Counted from the first letter of the stretch, positions 12,909 to 24,124 are shown. The stretch is DNA of 64,000 nt from Octopus vulgaris (GCA_951406725.2 OX597839.1:36704001-36768000); one strand, 5' to 3'. The notes: generated from the sequence alone by a model not told the origin. Numbers and translations: made by a program.

Positions 12909-13216
12909 TACTCTTTTACTCTTTTACTTGTTTCAGTCATTTGACTGCGGCCATGCTGGAGCACCGCCTTTAATTGAGCAACTCGACCCCGGGGACTTAT
13001 TCTTTTGTAAGCCCAGTACTTATTCTATCGGTCTCTTTTGCTGAACCGCTAAGTGACAGGGACGTAAACACACCAGCATCGGTTGTCAAGCAATGCTAGG
13101 GGGACAGACACAGACACACAAACACACACATGCATATAAAAAAAAAAAAAAAAAAAAATATATAATATACACATATATATATATACATATATATATATAT
13201 ACACATATATATATAT

Positions 13217-13269
<53 letters not shown>

Positions 13270-13468
13270 GTATACATACATACATATATATATATACATA
13301 TATACGACAGGCTTCTTTTCAGTTTCTATCTACCAAATCCACTCACAAGGCTTTGGTCGGCCCGAGGCTATAGTAGAAGACACTTGCCCAGGGTGCCACA
13401 CAGTGGGACTGAACCTGGAACCATGTGGTTGGTAAACAAGCTCTTACCACACATCCACTCCTGCGCCT
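12909..13468 (-). mobile_element. SINE A, full length, expanded internal microsatellite
   Basis: Highly similar to 12206-12613; about 180 bp of A/TA insert. Confidence 0.92.
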
Positions 13469-14094
13469 AGATAGACCTAACTTCTTAAATGATTTACCTT
13501 TTTTTTTGTTATTACCCCTAATGATGGGTGGGCTGCTTCTGTAATATACACCTTTGTTCTTACAACAGTGATGGCAGGTGGATTACTCCAATCCACTCAG
13601 CTGGCAAAAATGAGTTGTGTCCCAGGGATGAAAGGTGGGTTAGCTCCGTGCCTCTAGTGTGGTTACCCCAGTGATGTTACTTGAGTAATCTTACTGAGCA
13701 GCTTGGAGATCAAGGACTTTCTCCAGGTTGAGCCTCTACTTCTCTGCATTGAGTGGTCACAGCTCTGGTACTGGAGACATGTTGCTAGAATTTCATAAAA
13801 AAGGATTACAGGATGGGTTTTTTAAACTGAGTCAACTGGCAGGAGATCGAGGGGTAGATTAAGAAGAAGACAGTTGGATAATATCCATAGTCTCAGTTGG
13901 TCAGCCTTGAGAATCCAGCCTGAGAATAATGACAGTGGCAATTGCTTCTGGTAGGACCCTAGGGAGGAGATATCTAGAGACTCTACCTTCAATGACCCTC
14001 CCAGGAAAAGTGGACAGAGAAGATGAATGGATGGATTAAATCTTCTACACAAGAAGCTCTCAGTCAGTCTGACAGGTGATTTCATGCCATTTCT

Positions 14095-14440
14095 TGTTGG
14101 AGAAGACTTTTGCGGATTCCATGGACAGCGAGGCTCACCAATGGAGAAGCAGATAAGGCCGAAAATGTCGCTAGAAGCTAGGATCACCAAGCATGGATTG
14201 GCACATTTCGGTCATATTATGCGGAGAAAATCCCTGGAGAAGGACATCATGCTCAGAATGGTCAGCGGCAAGAGAGGAAGAGGCCGACCAAGGACCCGCT
14301 GGCTTGACACCATCAAGAGTGATACCGGAATGGACATGGCCAATCTGAAAGAAGTGGCCCATGATAGAACTGACTGGAGGACACTGATCCAACGAGTGAC
14401 CGAGAGTCGACTTCGACTGAGCAGATAAAGAGAGAGAGAT
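14095..14440 (+). mobile_element. RTE (BovB-like) LINE 3' end; 13587-14094 may be its 5' region
   Basis: CWRRLLRIPWTAR, then a frameshift to ...HFGHIMRRKSLEKDIML..GKRGRGRPRTRWLD..DRTDWR; stop at 14428 followed by (AG)n. Confidence 0.88.
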
Positions 14441-14860
14441 ACTCAATGGGATCCTTACCAACTCCTTTTCTGCATCTTCACCATGCCCCCTAGCAACACA
14501 GTGATGTCCTTTTTTCTTTCCTTCTTGTCAATGCAAACCTTTGTCCTTGCTAGGTTCAAAACCTATTATTTCTAATTTTTGGTTCCATGTTTGAAACTTC
14601 TTCTCTAATTCTTTCGCAAATTCATTTATGAGAACAAGATTGGAACACAGAAGTCCCATGCATGATGGCATTAAACTCTTCTGTTGTGACTTGGAGAATT
14701 GTAAAAACAGATAAATGTTAGGTATGGAACCTTGATGGGCACCCAATCTATCAGCTAAATTCCTACTTCAGTTTCATGCTAACTCTCATCTGGATGAAAG
14801 CACCTCTCTATAGAGCTTGCACGACTCTCACATGGCATTCATCTGTAACCGAGTTTCTGT
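14441..14860 (-). mobile_element. Decayed RTE reverse-transcriptase fragment (second RTE family)
   Basis: Remnants of VRVVQALYRGA, GAHQGS, AKELEKKFQTWNQKLE and CRKGVG. Confidence 0.7.
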
Positions 14861-14954
14861 AGTTATGTCTCTGGCTGAGGAAGTGTACTTCCTGACCACA
14901 GGGTTTCTAGGTCAGTTGCAGTGTCTGGCACTTTGGGTAAATATCTACTACTAT

Positions 14955-15359
14955 AGGCGCAGGAGTGGCTGTGTGGTAAGTAGCTTGTTTACCAACCACA
15001 TGGTTCCGGGTTCAGTCCCACTGCATGGCACCTTGGGCAAGTGTCTTCTACTATAGCCTCAGGCCGACCAAAGCCTTGTGAGTGGATTTGGTAGACGGAA
15101 ACTGAAAGAAGCCCATCGTATGTATGTATATATATGTATATATGTGTGTGTGTATGTTTGTGTGTCCGTGTTTGTCCCCCTAGCATTGCTTGACAACCGA
15201 TGCTGGTGTGTTTGTGTGTCCCGTCACTTAGCGGTTCGGCAAAAGAGACTGAATAGAATAAGTACTGGGCTTACAAAGAATAAGTCCCGGGGTCGAGTTG
15301 CTCGATTAAAGGCGGTGCTCCAGCATGGCCGCAGTCAAATGACTGAAACAAGTAAAGAG
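14955..15359 (+). mobile_element. SINE A, full length
   Basis: AGGCGCAGGAGTGGCTGTGTGG...GGTTCAGTCCC...CCTTGGGCAAGT...GAAACAAGTAAAGAG. Confidence 0.92.
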
Positions 15360-15501
15360 CTGCCGACTGACCAAAGTCTTGTGAGTAGATCTGTGAGATG
15401 GAAATTGAAAGAGGTTTCATCATACACTCACACACACACATATATATATATGTAGGTATGTCTTTGAGTGTGTGTGTGTGAGGCGGTGTGTATGTTTATA
15501 C

Positions 15502-15711
15502 CTCCTTATCTTGATATCACACGAGTGTTGTAAACGAGTATCATTTACAATGAAGCAGATGTTCTGCGTTCAGATACCCTCACCTGTTTCCAGGCAAGAT
15601 AAACATTTCTCATGACCTGATGTGTTTTTCATGGAAGGCTGGAAACGAACAACTTTGCTTGTGTGATGGTGAGGCTCATCTAGAACCATCACATGATGTC
15701 AAAACAAGAGG
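15502..15711. mobile_element. Putative degenerate MITE
   Basis: Imperfect terminal inverted repeats CTCCTTATCTTGATATCACACGA and TCACATGATGTCAAAACAAGAG. Confidence 0.4.
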
Positions 15712-15977
15712 ACACACAAACATTATATATACATGTGTGTGTGTGTGTGTGTGTGTATACAAACCTACACAAGCACACACATGCATGCACAGACATGAAT
15801 GCAAATACACACAGGCACAGACACAAAGTCATTTACAATTATGAGCTTAATGGTTTTTGCTGACTGTTATACTAAGGAAATTGCATGGATTCCAATATAT
15901 TTGAAATTCTCTGCCTTTGTTTCTGTTTATTTTCAAAATAATGAAGAATTTAGTCAAGCAACTTTATGCTTATTAAT

Positions 15978-16359
15978 AGAGGCGCAATGGCCCAGTGGTT
16001 AGGGCAGCAGACTCGCGGTCATAGGATCGCGGTTTCGATCCCAGACCTGGCGTTGTGAGTGTTTATTGAGCGAAAACACCTAAAGCTTCATGAGGCTCCG
16101 GCAGGGGATGGTGGTGATCCCTGCTGTACTCTTTCTCCACAACTTTCTCTCACTCTTACTTCCTGTTTCTGCTGTACCTGTATTTCAAAGGGCCGGCCTT
16201 GTCACTCTCTGTGTCACGTTGAATATCCCCGAGAACTACGTTAAGGGTACACGTGTCTGTGGAGAGCTCAGCCACTTACACGTTAATTTCACGAGCAGGC
16301 TGTTCCGTTGATTCGGATCAACCGGAACCCTCATCATCATAACCGACAGAGTGCTTCCA
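15978..16359 (+). mobile_element. SINE D, tail type 2, with 12-bp target-site duplication
   Basis: tRNA-like head with B box GGTTTCGATCCC; ATGCYTATTAAT at 15966-15977 and 16362-16373. Confidence 0.92.
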
Positions 16360-16543
16360 TCATGCCTATTAATCTAGTGTCAGGAACATAAATTAATGTG
16401 GAATGTTGAAGAAGGCTTCAATTTAGATTACTTGAACACTTTTCTTACCATATTTCAGCTCAAATACACTGCCATTGTTTCAATGAATTTTGCCAAATAA
16501 TGAAGAATTTGTTAAAATAGCTGTGTCGTTATTAAGCTGGTCT

Positions 16544-16913
16544 ACTCTCTTTACTCTTTTACTTGTTTCAGTCATTTGATTGTGGCCATGCTGGAGCACC
16601 GCCTTTAGTCGAGCAAATTGACCCCAGGACTTATTCTTTGTAAGCCTAGTACTTATTCTATTGGTCTCTTTTGCCGAACCGCTAAGTTACGGGGATGTTG
16701 GGAGGGACAAACACCGACACACAAACATATACACACACATACATATACATACATATGTACGACGGGCTTCTTTCAGTTTCCATCTACCAAATCCACTCAC
16801 AAGGCCCGAGGCTATAGTAGAAGACACTTGCCCAAGGTGCCACGCAGTGGGACTGAACCCAGAACCATGTGGTTCATAAGCAAGCTACTTACCACACAGC
16901 CACTCCTACACCT
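16544..16913 (-). mobile_element. SINE A with small internal deletions
   Basis: Matches the A consensus. Confidence 0.88.
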
Positions 16914-17319
16914 GGTGTCTGTAACATAATAAGTTAATTTTGATTGAAGTTGTTAATTTCAAAACAGAAATCTTCTACCAGAGAATCTAGAATGGTTTCA
17001 GGCAGATTGGTGGCAGGATTGTAAGAAAGTGCTGATGACAGAAGTGTCCATGTGTTTAAATATTACTACAATCCATCATTTTCATAGTGTAGCCTTCATT
17101 GTACAGGGTGGGCCAAAAGTCATGCACAAAATAAGTTCAGTACGCTCCAGAAATGTCAGATATGCTTCAATTTTTCTAAAATTGAATAAAATAAATACAG
17201 TAATGATAAATACACATATAATTGTACAAGATGAACAAAATGAAAGGTTTAAAACAAACAATTTTAATTTTATTTTTTAAAAATTTTATTTTATTTTATT
17301 TTATTTATTTATTTATTTA

Positions 17320-17480
17320 TTTATTAGACATTCACTAGTACAACACCAAAAAAAACACCCCCCAAATATATGGCACACTAGGCATAACAACAACGTGAAC
17401 TTCCAACCTGTTGTCTCTTGCGGTCTCTGGGTGAGACTTGGAGCCAACTTGTACAAATGCAAAGCAAAAGTCAAACATAA

Positions 17481-17529
<49 letters not shown>

Positions 17530-17762
17530 GCCCTGATGCAGTACCAGGCACTGGCTCCCATAGCTTCTGATCTTAATTGATTGGAAGTGTTATCATGTAC
17601 ATTGTTTTGTCTTAGTATAAAAGATAGGCTGCAGCCAATATTCTGCTCAATACCACAGATTTGCTTATCAATTGGGTAGTCATGATGAGTATACTGGACT
17701 TCATATATTTTACCCAAGTGTCACTTTGATGGCATGCATGGCTCCCTCACTCAATAATAATA
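17320..17762 (+). mobile_element. Two putative retroelement 3' ends embedded in (TAA)n
   Basis: Non-repetitive blocks at 17320-17480 and 17530-17752, each followed by (AAT)n. Family assignment is inferred only. Confidence 0.35.
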
Positions 17763-18034
17763 AGAGCAACAACTAAAACAACCACAACAACAATAATAAT
17801 GTAATATAAATAAAATATCAAATGTTTTGGTGCATGACTTTTGGCTCCCCTTGTATCTACAAGTTATTGGTCTAAAATCTTTTTACTAAGATCAAACTGG
17901 AATATTTTACTAATAAATACAGAATATGAAAGTCTGTTGGATAGAAATTTATCCATAGTTTGCCCAATGTTTAGAATAGATAGGCTCCTTTTTGTAATTG
18001 ATGAAAGTGTTGTCGATTCAGATGACACATCAGC

Positions 18035-18256
18035 ATCATCATCATCTTCATTGCTTAATGTCTGTTTTCCATGCTGGCATGAGTTGGACAGTTTGACAGG
18101 TGCTGGTCAGCCAGGGAACTGTCCAGAAACAAAGCTGTAGAAACTCTGCCAGGTCAGATTGAAGTCTGGTGCAGCCATCTGGTTCGACAGGCCTCAGTCA
18201 AATCGTCCAACCCATGCTAGCATGGAAAGCAGACGTTAAACGATGATGATGATGAT
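18035..18256. mobile_element. Back-to-back inverted pair of family-B tails
   Basis: Minus-strand copy at 18035-18130 and plus-strand copy at 18135-18256. Confidence 0.8.
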
Positions 18257-18493
18257 ATATGATTATTAAGGTGGCTATTGGCAATTTACAAGTGAAAGGC
18301 ACAAGTATAGTCATTGCTAAAGTGACAGAGAGTGCTAGTCAGCACCAACATTGCTAGAGATAAAAATCTGAGCAACTCTTAGCCATGTGAGAGCATTTAT
18401 CTAACGACTGAAAAGGGAGACAAGTGAGATGGAGTCATATCATTGATGATCTCAGATTTGATTAATCTGCATCAGAGACCCATAACTCCATAC

Positions 18494-18878
18494 CTTTATT
18501 CCTTTACTTGTTTCAGTCACTTTGACCGTGGCCATGCTGGAGCACTGCCTTTTAGTCGAGCAAATCAACCCCAGGACGACTTATTCTTTGTAAGCCTAGT
18601 ACTTATTCTACCAGTCTTGCTAAGTTTACAAGGATGTAAACACACCAGCATCAGTTGTCGAGCGATGTTGGTGGTGGTGGTGGGGAGGTCCAAACACATA
18701 TGCACACACACATATACGATGGGCTTCTTTCAGTTTCTGCCTACCAAATCCACTCACAAGGCTTTGGTCAGCCCAAAGCTATAGTAGAAGACATTTGCCC
18801 AAAGTGCCATGCAGTGGGACTGAACCCGGAACCATGTGCCTTGTAAGGAAGCTAATTAACATATACCCACTCCTGCAC

Positions 18879-18880
<2 letters not shown>
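18494..18880 (-). mobile_element. SINE A
   Basis: Matches the A consensus with moderate divergence. Confidence 0.85.
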
Positions 18881-18927
<47 letters not shown>

Positions 18928-19467
18928 TTGTAATAATGAAGTCAAACCAAATAGTAATATTTTAAAATTTATTTAATATGTATGTTTCAGGTTTTTGTGT
19001 AATATATAATGGGAAATGCATCCATAATGTAAGAAGGACCTTCAAAATATGAACCAGTCGATGGAACTATTTCAATATATTTGCTTGGTTACTAATTTAA
19101 GAGGATGAATGTGTGTAGAGAGGAAGAAAGAGGGAGTGGGAGAGAGAGAGAGAGAAGGAGAGATATATAAAGTGAGGTTGTGGGGGGAGGGAAAAAAAGA
19201 AGTTGTACAAGTGAATAGTATTGAAAGGAAATGGGATGGTCCTGTCTGTTTTGCATACAAAACCTGTGGAAAAAAGGACAAGGAGTATTGAATTGAGAAG
19301 GTTAAGAATTGGGGGTGGGGATGGGAAAGAAAGGAACCTGGAGTCAGGGTGTTTTATTGTGAACGGAAATGGTAGCATATGGTCTTGAACATATTAGTGG
19401 TGTCAAGGACTAAATGATAATAATAATAATAAAATTTTGGCACACCTTGGACAAGTGCAACAACATG

Positions 19468-19505
<38 letters not shown>

Positions 19506-19589
19506 TATATAAGTATTTATATATTTATATTATATCAATTATATGTGTATGTATATGTATATATATATTATTTATATAAGTGTATATAT

Positions 19590-19632
<43 letters not shown>

Positions 19633-19635
19633 TTG

Positions 19636-20019
19636 TGGTACCAGTGCCGGTGGCACATAAGAAAACCATCCGAACGTGGCCGTAGCCAGTACCGCATCGA
19701 CTGGCCTCCGTGCTGTGGGCACGTAACAAACACCATCCGATCGTGGCCATTCGCCAGCCTCGTCTGGCACCTGTGTCGGTGGCACATAAAAAACACCATC
19801 CGAGCATGGCCGTTTGCCAGCCTCGTCTGGCACCTGTGTCGGTGACACATAAAATCACCCACTACACTCTCGGAGTGGTTAGCGTTAGGAAGAGCATCCA
19901 GCTGTAGAAACACTGCCAGATCTGACTGGCCTGGTGCAGCCTTCGGGCTCCCCAGACCCCAGTTGAACCGTCCAACCCATGCTAGCATGGAAAATGGACG
20001 CTAAACGATGATGATGATA
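19636..20019 (+). mobile_element. Family B RTE 3' UTR with four hairpin units
   Basis: GTGCCGGTGGCAC-like units at 19644, 19710, 19773 and 19836. Confidence 0.9.
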
Positions 20020-20204
20020 ATGTATATATTATATATATGTCTATATATATATATATATTATATATGAGTATATATATGTATGTATATATTATGTGTATAC
20101 ATATATATTAAATATGAGTATATATATGTATGTATGTATATATTATGTGTATACATATATATTATATATGTGTATATATATTATGTATGTGTATATATAT
20201 AAAT

Positions 20205-20511
20205 AGGTGCAGGAGTGGCTGTGTAGTAAGTAGCTTGCTTACCAACCACATGGTTCCAGGTTCAGTCCCACTGTGTGGCATTATGGGCAAGTGTCTTCTA
20301 CTATAGCCTCGGGTTGACTAATGCCTTGTAAGTGGATTTGATAACTGAAAGAAGCCCATCGTATATCATCATCATCGTTTAACTTCCACTTTCCATGCTA
20401 GTATGGGTTGGACAGTTTGACTGAAGGCTGGCAAGCCAGAAGGCTACACTAGGCTCCAATTTGATCTGGCAAAATTTCTACAGCTGGACGTCTCTCCTAA
20501 TGCCAACCACT
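20205..20511. mobile_element. SINE A 5' half (+) joined to a family-B tail (-)
   Basis: A head at 20205-20365; (CAT)n plus B sequence at 20366-20511. Confidence 0.82.
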
Positions 20512-20629
20512 TCTCTTCAGGGAAGTGAAGAAATGAAACTCGTCAATGAAACATTTTAACAGAAAATGATGGATATGTATAGTGATTTACTGAATGCTAT
20601 TAATATTGTTTATAACGTCAGACGTAGCC

Positions 20630-21700
20630 TATAGAAAGAGGAGGTCTATATCGTGATGATTGTTTACTTTACTTTCAAAATGTTTCTAACCAAAAGGTAC
20701 AAAAAGTTAAGAATAATTTAGTTAAATTTTCCCGTAGAATGGGCTTAAGCATCGTTTTTGATGATGACATGACGAAGGCCAACTTTTTAGATATTATGCT
20801 TAACTTACACAATAACTCTTACTTCCCATATCATAAACCAGTGACCAATCTTAAGTACATTAGAAAATTTAGTAATCATTCTATGGCAATTACTAGGAAC
20901 TTAGTTAAGAATATTTCATTTAGATTATCTAAGTTATCTCCTAATGTTGACATTTTCAATGATAACGTTGAATTTTATAACTCTGCCTTACTTAAAGCAG
21001 GTTATACAGAGAAAATTATCTACATTGATTCTACTCAGTCTTACTCTAAGTTCAATAATGTAGATATGAAATCTTTATATATAAAATTGAAGTTGTGTGT
21101 GTGAGACTCTGTGTCCTCCGATTTAGATTCCTAACTACTCCTACATTTTGCAGTGCAGTTTAACCAAAACCGGGTATCTTATAGTCGTCATTCATATCGA
21201 GCCCTTCTGGGTATTAGCATGCGTCTACGATGAGTCTACGAATTAAAAAAAATTTACCATCATTTTTCCGCATTTTTAATGATTTTTGCTCAGGTTATAT
21301 AAAGGAAGTAACTCTCTAAAAATGCTTATATAGTTATTTCCCTTACAAACCCGAGCAACGCCGGGCGATACTGCTAGTCTAGTTGTAAAGGAATTAATGC
21401 TAACAAATTTAATTTATGCACTGATACTAAACGGAGGAAGAGAGATAACCCCTATTATCATTCTAAAGGTAAATTTAAGGCTTTCAAAAATTATTACACT
21501 AAAAATAAGATAAATAGTAGTAAAATGTTTGGCTAATTATTTCATATGGGAGGCAAATTAAATCTAATCTCCCATTGCAGTTTCATGAAGCTATTATTAG
21601 GAATTTTCCAAAGAATTCTAGGTATTACTCTATTATCAACTCACGGTTATGATTGGTTTTTCCAACACAAAAAATCTCTTACAAATTATCTCTTCACATA
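20630..21700 (+). mobile_element. Penelope-like element (Naiad/Neptune-type) RT/thumb/linker remnant
   Basis: GGLYRDDCLL at ~20640; NFLDIMLNL..YFPYHKP..KYIRKFSNH..RLSKLS..YNSALLKAGY; after a frameshift VWLIISYGRQIKSN..IIRNFPKN..IINS. Confidence 0.85.
21072..21377 (+). mobile_element. Complete non-autonomous Helitron (306 bp)
   Basis: 5' TCTTTATATATAAAA; subterminal hairpin CCCGAGCAACGCCGGG (21350-21365); 3' CTAG; inserted between A and T with no target-site duplication. Confidence 0.9.
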
Positions 21701-21705
21701 ATAAC

Positions 21706-22045
21706 ATCGACCAGGTATTGAGGCCTCACATTGTGTCATACTTTGTCTGTCATCAGAATCACGTGTTCCACCACGACAACACCCATGCCCATATTGCCAG
21801 GTTGACAACAGACTTCTTCCAATAGCACAACATCCAGACACTGTTATGACCTGCCCTAAGTCCGGACTTGAACCCCATTGAGCACTTGTGGGATGAAATC
21901 CAAAGAAGGCTAAATGACATCTGTCCAAGGCTGACAACTGCGGTGCAGGGCTGCTATCCCCCATGGCCTTCATCAATCATTTGGTGCATTCAATGTACAG
22001 AAGATGCCTGGTGGTAATGAATGCTAATGGTGGTCACGATATTGA
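21706..22045 (+). mobile_element. Tc1 (DD34E) transposase C-terminal pseudogene
   Basis: IDQVLRPHIV..FHHDNTHAHIAR..*PALSPDLNPIEHLWDEIQRRL..LVHSMYRRC..NANGGH. Confidence 0.88.
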
Positions 22046-22239
22046 GTTCATCTCTTTGGATCCAGGACACTCTGTCGTCATGTGATACCATGTGACATCA
22101 AACGTGTTTCTGGAAGTGATATTTCATCATTAGGAAAGAATGGTCCCTTGATTAGCACTCTTCAATTAATGATATGGCAATCTGTTAATAAACCAGTTTC
22201 TGTTTAGCATGTGTGCAATGTTTCTTTTAGTATGTGTGT

Positions 22240-22796
22240 GACATTTCAGAGGGTTTGAGTGTTAATCTGAGGATAGTGCAATCTGAGGACATTCACCGAG
22301 GGTGATAAAAATCAAACATCCAGTCAACATCATGGTGTTTGGAGTGATCACTAGTGATGGCAATGTTATGCCTCCATTCATCTTCCCACACAGCCTCAGA
22401 CTCAACATGGAGACCTACATCAAGTGCCTGGAGGAGGTAGTGCTGCCCTGGGTCAAGAGGGTGGCTGCTGGAAGACCCTATGTCTGGCAACAGGACTCTG
22501 CACCATGTCACACAAGCAGGAGAACCCAGAAATGGCTTTCAGACAATTTCTGCGACGACACCACCCCTAACATCTGGCCACCTAACTCCCCAGACTGCAA
22601 CCCTCTTGATTATTATGTGTGGGGTGTTGCTGAGTGAGAGACCAACAAAACTCCTTCTAACAGCAAAGATGAACTGAAGGCAAAGATTATGGCAGCATTC
22701 ACCCTCTTAAGCAAGGAGACCATCCAGAAGAGTTGCAAGAGATTTTAAAGTTGTCTGGAGGCCATGGTTGGAGCCAGTGATGATTTTATTGAATAA
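22240..22796 (+). mobile_element. maT (DD37D) transposon, internally deleted
   Basis: WQQD-x37-D (DSAPCH...WPPNSPDCNPLDY); the first ~45 bp match the HTH-coding segment at 62648-62690. Confidence 0.9.
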
Positions 22797-22819
22797 GTTT
22801 ACTCTTTCGTAATTCAAGA

Positions 22820-23126
22820 GTGAAGGCGCATGGCTCAGTGTTTAGAGCATAGAGCTTACGATTGTGAGGTTGTGAGTTTCGATTCCCGGACCGGGCTGCG
22901 TGTTGCTCCAGTTAACTCAGCTGTAGAAATGAGTTGCAACGTCACTGGTGCCAAGCTGTATTGGCCCCTTTGCCCTTCCCTTGGATAACATCAGTGGTGT
23001 GGAGAGAGGAGGCTGGTTTGCATGGGCGACTTCTGGTCTTCCATAAACAAACTTGCCCGGACTTGTGCCTTGGAGGGTAACTTTCTAGGTGCAATCCCAT
23101 GGTCATTCATGACCGAAGGGGGTCTC
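22820..23126 (+). mobile_element. SINE family E (tRNA-derived)
   Basis: GAAGGCGCATGGCTCAGTG...GTTTCGATTCCCGG head; 3' part recurs at 62345-62415; TTCAAGA on both flanks. Confidence 0.8.
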
Positions 23127-24124
23127 CTCCTCCTCCTATTATTTCAAGATATTTTTATGTAATTTTTGTAAACATGTTAATTTGTGGCTTGCTTTGTCTG
23201 TGGCTGTTCTACATCAACTTTAACTTGGGATTAGGGCAGCAATAGTGTTTTGCTGTTTTTGCCAACACGAGGATATTATTTACGCCCCCTTCCTCTTTAA
23301 ATTAGCTCCCTTCAGCTCCTCTGCTTCATATCTACAATCCTTGTCTCATGAAGTGGAAGTAAGAAAGGGAAAATGTTCAGATAAGCAACTCGTTTTCTAA
23401 CCTGGCACACATCTAATCCTCATTTTATAATTGCTAATTATAATTACTATTATTATTCATTAATTTATCTATCTATCCACACAGTATCATTTATTCCATG
23501 CTGTATGTTATAATAAACTTAAGAAACCCCATTTTCAGTTCTCTCTCACTTTAACACTCATTATAATAATTATTATTATTGTTATTCATTTATTCATTTA
23601 TTTAGTCACAAACTTTTGCTTACCCCAGCTATAGTTATGGTAAAGTTGAGAATGCAAATGTTCAATTCTGTTTTACTCTGTAGCACTCTTTATTCTCTCT
23701 CTCTCTCTTTTACTTGTTTCAGTCATTTGACTGCGGCCATGCTGGAGCACCGCCTTTATAGTTGAGCTTGTGGCTGGATAAGCGTGCCTTTCAGAAGTAA
23801 ATATGACCACACTGGTCACATGAAAGGGACTCTTTCGTACCCTTCACAGAAAGAGGGTTCATGTTCTCCATCTTTCAACTCAGTCTACACAACCCTGCTG
23901 TTCTCAAATTCTCTTTACACCAATAGCAATCAGATTCCTTTGCAACTCCCCATCTGATGCAAAATCTTCCCAGGTATTGATATTGATCTTTTTTTTATAT
24001 GTGTGTCTTTGGGACTGTCTTTAAAACCCTTGTGTGGTTTGCACTGGGGACATTTTCCTTGCTCCAGCTCACCATGCAGAATCTGTTTTGACATTCAGGT
24101 CTCTTCCAAAACACCTCGGTACAT

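Larger units (their letters stand above)
11745..13590. repeat. Degenerate ~50-60-bp minisatellite with GGTGGGTTACCTCA / ACTTACCTC core, split by two SINE A insertions
   Basis: About 15 core variants in 11760-12195, 12650-12860 and 13480-13590. Confidence 0.75.
15890..17020 (-). repeat. AT-rich repeat G (~160-bp units), interrupted by SINE D and SINE A
   Basis: Reverse complement aligns by eye to the two units at 51320-51625. Confidence 0.6.

Noticed and set aside
15978-16052. tRNA gene
   Set aside because: It is the tRNA-derived head of a SINE, continuing into body and tail with a target-site duplication; the same applies to the heads of A, C and E.
17102-17128. TA|CAGGGTGGGCCAAAAGT Tc1/mariner-like terminal repeat
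   Set aside because: No partner repeat or transposase remnant found nearby.
19437-19459. Resemblance to the REST/RE1 motif
   Set aside because: Only a partial match, equally similar to the SINE A core, and canonical RE1/REST is not established in molluscs.
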